Positions 60,101-64,000 of a stretch of DNA of 64,000 bases are shown here, piece by piece. The notes under the pieces were generated by a model. It saw only the letters and a program-made list of their open reading frames with translations. It did not search any database and was not told the origin of the DNA. How positions within the stretch are numbered: position 1 is the stretch's first letter; each line of letters begins with the position of its first letter. Source of the DNA: Macrostomum lignano (Eukaryota); NCBI GenBank assembly GCA_002269645.1, contig NIVC01001068.1, forward strand, positions 144,828 to 208,827. Direction: 5' to 3'. The position numbers were made by a program, and so were the translations under genes.

Positions 60101-63100
60101 ACACTGTTGCATGTAGCTATGCTGCAATTTGCCCTAAGCTAAGCCTTGGATTCAAAATTTATATAGCTTTCAAAAGATACTATGAAAAATGGTATAGGTA
60201 AAGATTGTCTACATTTTATTATTTATTTTGTGATGAAAACAATTAAAAAGTAAGACGTAGTACTACAGTGGTCCTTGATGGAATCTTGGAAAATAAGTTG
60301 CTAAGTGTAAACAATGGCCACTGCAAAGGGCTGAGGAGGATTTGCCTCGTTTCCAAGCTCCTGTTTATCTGCTCTATAGCTTCTAAGCAGCAGCCAATCA
60401 CAAGAGCGACTTGATTTCTATACAAAAATGTGTGATTAAATGGATTTTCGGCAAGAATTATTTTGAATCTATTTTACCAGAGCTAGTCATGAAATTATCA
60501 CTAATATTATTAATACTAATAAATCTTGGAAGCTCCAACGGCCAAGATCAATGCTTAGTAAGAAGTACTTTTACTGAAATCGACGGATATCTCTGCATTA
60601 ATAGTCGGTACAGACAGGTATACGGCCTAGTAACGCTGCAGTTAGGTTGCGCAATTCTATGTAGCCACAACCGGCGCTGTCAGGCGTTCAGCCTGGCTGA
60701 CGGTCCGTGCCAGCTGTTCGTGTTCGACAAGTGCAGCAAGTCGGTGAGGGACTGCGGCTGCTCCAGGAGAGGCCGGGTGTTTGTGAAGCAGCAGCCGGGA
60801 CTCGAGGCCGGCGCGCTGTGTCCGTCTGGCTACGGAGACGACCTGTGCGGAGTGAAGTACAAGGTGTACAACGGCATCGGAGACTGGTCGGTGAGCAGAC
60901 AGAAGTGCGAGTCGGAGAGCGGCCTGGTGATCATGGCCGACGTGGTGGATGCCACCGAGATGAGCCACGTGGACTATATTTTCTCTGAACGCAGCCCGAC
61001 GAATTCCTTCTATCTCGGAGGATTTCAGCCCAATGGCAGCGCTGAGCCCGCCGGAGGCTGGTACTGGGTCGGCTGCAACATCACCCTGGACGGCAGCGTA
61101 GTCTGGGCTACTAATGAGGCCGGACAACGGCGGAAACGAAAATGTCGTGTCTCGCTATCTAGGCAAAAAAAGCTGGTCGACGTCAGCGAAAACAGTTATT
61201 TGGTTTCTGCAGTGCTGTGCGAGTGCCTGTCGCCATTCAACTGACCATTTAACTATCTTGGAGCGCTGACATAGAATACTTAAAAGAGTTCTCAAATAAA
61301 TAAAATTCTTTACGTAAACCCTATATTTAGAAAAGTTCATCTCGTTTTTCTCAGTTTTTTCGCAGTCTCAACTGTACACAATGTAACAGCGCAATAACAA
61401 ATACAACTTATCACACACAGTGATTACCCCACACAGAGTATCACACACAGTGATTACCCACACAGAGTATCCCACACAGTGATTACTCCACACAGAGTAT
61501 CACACACAGTGATTACCCCACACAGAGTATCCCACACAGTGATTACCCCACACAGAGTATCCCACAGTGATTACCCCACACAGAGTATCCCACACAGTGA
61601 TTACCCCACAGAGTATCCCACACAGTGATTACTCCACACAGAGTATCACACACAGTGATTACTCCACACAGAGTATCCCACACAGTGATTACTCCACACA
61701 GAGTATCACACACAGTGATTACCCCACACAGAGTATCCCACACAGTGATTACCCCACACAGAGTATCCCACAGTGATTACCCCACACAGAGTATCCCACA
61801 CAGTGATTACCCACACAGAGTATCCCACACAGTGATTACCCCACACAGAGTATCCCACACAGTGATTACTCCACACAGAGTATCACACACAGTGATTACC
61901 CACACAGAGTATCCCACACAGTGATTACCCCACACAGAGTATCCCACACAGTGATTACCCCACACAGAGTATCCCACACGTGATTACTCCACACAGAGTA
62001 TCACACACAGTGATTACCCCACACAGAGTATCCCACACAGTGATTACCCCACACAGAGTATCCCACACAGTGATTACCCCACACAGAGTATCCCACACAG
62101 TGATTACTCCACAGAGTATCACACACAGTGATTACCCCACAGAGTATCCCACAAATCATCGAAAGCCAAGAACAATTACAGTTTCAAACAATGCAAATAT
62201 TGCCATACTATCTATATCAATCAGAGAAAAAAAAGTTTAAATTGTCAACAGGACAATTACCTGCTGAATAGCTATGGAAAATCAATACCCAATGAGGAAT
62301 AAATTCTATTTTTTTGCAGTCATGGCAGATAATACCAGAGATTAAATTGAAACAGTCGATATAGATTTTATTTAGGCGCCGAAAAATGGTAAAAAAGCAT
62401 TATAATCCTTTCGGAAATCGAATGCATCTCGGAAATTTATTGCAACACAACACCTATACCTGCATTGTTATCGATTCAACTGACTGACTAGAGTCAGGAT
62501 TCCGTTATTTCTTTCTATTGTTCTTAACAACCAGATCAGAACCATCCGGCTCGAAAAATTTTATCTTAAATAATAATTTTCATTTTGCTTTTAATTAGCT
62601 GCCAAGGCTTAAACAGGGAATTGCTGAGATGCCATTGCTAACTAGCGGGGATTGCTGAAATGCCATTGGTAACTAGTGGTGATTGCTGAGATGCCAATGC
62701 TTACTAGGGGTGATTGCTGAGATGCCAATGCTCAATAGGGGGGATTGCTGAGATGCCAATGCTCACTAGGGAGAATTGCTGAGATGCCAATGCTCACTAG
62801 GGGGCATTGCTGAGATGCCAATGCTCACTAGGGAGAATTGCTGAGATGCCAATGCTCACTAGGGGGCATTGCTGAGATGCCAATGCTCACTAGGGGGCAT
62901 TGCTGAGATGCCAATGCTCACTAGGAGAATTGCTGAGATGCCAATGCTCACTAGGGGGCATTGCTGAGATGCCAATGCTCACTAGGGAGAATTGCTGAGA
63001 TGCCAATGCTCACTAGGGAGAATTGCTGAGATGCCAATGCTCACTAGGGGGCATTGCTGAGATGCCAATGCTCACTAGGGAGAATTGCTGAGATGCCAAT

Positions 63101-63626
63101 GCTCACTAGGGGGGGATTTCTGAGATGCCAATGCTTACTAGGGGGCATTGCTGAGATGCAAGTGCCAATAGAAGACAGAGAAATACCCTTAAACACAGAA
63201 ACAAACGCATTCATACACAAAACTAGCAGCAATAAGAAAGACTCAGCATGCACAGCAGGCAAAAGCCGCTGGTCAACACTCACCTAGCATAGAGCACACT
63301 CTCCAACATGCCCTCGTACAGCAGGCAGTAGCCCATCCATTCGGATACAATCGCGTCAACTTTGAACTCCAACTTTGAGCTCATCGAGCTGCTCCAATTT
63401 GCCCGATAGAAGCTAATCCGATTTTCGAGTCCATTTTCTGCGGCCGCCTCTTTAGCGCGCGCGATCACCTCGGCGCAGTCGACTGCGAGCACTTTAGCGG
63501 CCGCCGGCGCGGGCGGCGAACATGCTCAGAATGCCGGTGCCGCAGCCGACGTCCATGACAACGCGTTCGTTAAATAGCAACGATTACGGCGATGAAATCG
63601 TGATAACCGCCAGTACGAATGCGGTC
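57159..63626 (-). CDS. PRMT3: Type I protein arginine methyltransferase (PRMT3-like), last 4 exons; 5' end lies outside the window; the first exon seen has several indels
   Basis: Exons 63626-63284 (DRIRT..YHDFI, VMDVGCGTGILSMFAARAG, VDAIVSEWMGYCLLYEGMLESVLYAR), 59441-59180 (DHCLKPGGAVYP...EPHV), 58274-58137 (AIVGYFDV...FSTGP) and 57329-57159 (THWGQTVFYL); phases 2,0,0 are consistent. DRIRT/DFI and GGAVYP are closer to PRMT3 than to PRMT1. Confidence 0.8.
57378..58042. repeat. (GGATCTGGGATCTA)n 14-bp array, last PRMT3 intron
   Basis: Visible directly. Confidence 0.96.
58670..59160. repeat. 28-bp minisatellite, same family as 26215-27030, PRMT3 intron
   Basis: CAGCAACTGAGGATCTGGGAGGCTGGCC units. 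Confidence 0.94.
60489..61244 (+). CDS. Intronless secreted protein: signal peptide, PAN/apple-like Cys module, C-type lectin-like domain (about 251 aa); nested antisense in a PRMT3 intron
   Basis: MKLSLILLILINLGSSNG signal peptide; GCAILCSHNRRCQAFSLADGPCQL; CPSGY...DWSVSRQKCES...MADV...FYLGG...GWYW...VWA...LVDVS...VLCE. Confidence 0.8.
   Translation: MKLSLILLILINLGSSNGQDQCLVRSTFTEIDGYLCINSRYRQVYGLVTLQLGCAILCSHNRRCQAFSLADGPCQLFVFDKCSKSVRDCGCSRRGRVFVKQQPGLEAGALCPSGYGDDLCGVKYKVYNGIGDWSVSRQKCESESGLVIMADVVDATEMSHVDYIFSERSPTNSFYLGGFQPNGSAEPAGGWYWVGCNITLDGSVVWATNEAGQRRKRKCRVSLSRQKKLVDVSENSYLVSAVLCECLSPFN
61410..62150. repeat. 30-bp minisatellite (CACAGTGATTACCCCACACAGAGTATCCCA)n
   Basis: Visible directly. 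Confidence 0.95.
62620..63160. repeat. 31-bp minisatellite with internal inverted repeat GCATTG...CAATGC
   Basis: CTAGGGGGCATTGCTGAGATGCCAATGCTCA units. Confidence 0.94.
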
Positions 63627-63674
63627 CTGTGTGACAGTTGCGTTAGTTTTTTAGTAAGGGTTAGGTTTAATTTT

Positions 63675-64000
63675 TTCCTCTCTCCTATTCTCTTCTCTTT
63701 CCTCTTCTTCTTCTCTCATCTCCCTTCTTTCCTCTCCTCTCCTCTCTTCTCCCTTCTCTTCTCTCCTCTCCTCTCCTCACCTCTCCCTTCCTTTCCTCTC
63801 CTCTCCTCTCCTCTCCCTTCTCTTCTCTCCTCTCCTCTCCTACTCTCCTCTCCTCTCCTCTCCCTTCTTTTCCTCTCCCTTCTTTCCTCTCCTCTCCTCT
63901 CCCTTCTTTCCTCTCCTCTCCCTCTCCCTTCTTTCCTCTCCTCTCCTCTCCCTTCTTCCTCTCCTCTCCTCCCCTTCTTTCCCTCCTCTCCTCTCCCTTC
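63675..64000. repeat. CT-rich low-complexity tract (PRMT3 intron)
   Basis: Visible directly. Confidence 0.9.

Overview
Eukaryotic (metazoan) genomic DNA with spliced genes. GC-rich, Ala/Gln-run-rich exons sit between introns that mostly carry their own minisatellite, which resembles the flatworm Macrostomum lignano (inference, not checked). Genes reconstructed by hand from GT-AG sites and phase continuity: the 5' end of a PTB-domain adaptor (-), a 4-exon LRR transmembrane receptor (+), a 14-exon TARBP1/Trm3 tRNA Gm18 methyltransferase (-, about 1674 aa over 27.6 kb), SF3A1 (-, 2 coding exons), a 2-exon class A GPCR (-), archease (-), and the 3' part of PRMT3 (-), which has an intronless secreted PAN/apple-like plus C-type-lectin gene nested antisense in one intron. 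Mobile elements: a 4.64-kb Ty3/gypsy (Mag-like) LTR element with near-identical LTRs and a GGATG TSD; an internally deleted Penelope-like element (RT + GIY-YIG) with an inverted terminal repeat and an intact minimal hammerhead ribozyme; a MITE with 218-bp TIRs; and two tRNA-derived SINE families (2 copies each). There are more than 35 tandem arrays. Several 1-2 bp indels in conserved coding regions (gag, PRMT3, lectin), mostly in homopolymer runs, look like long-read consensus errors. All coordinates were read by eye; array boundaries are approximate.
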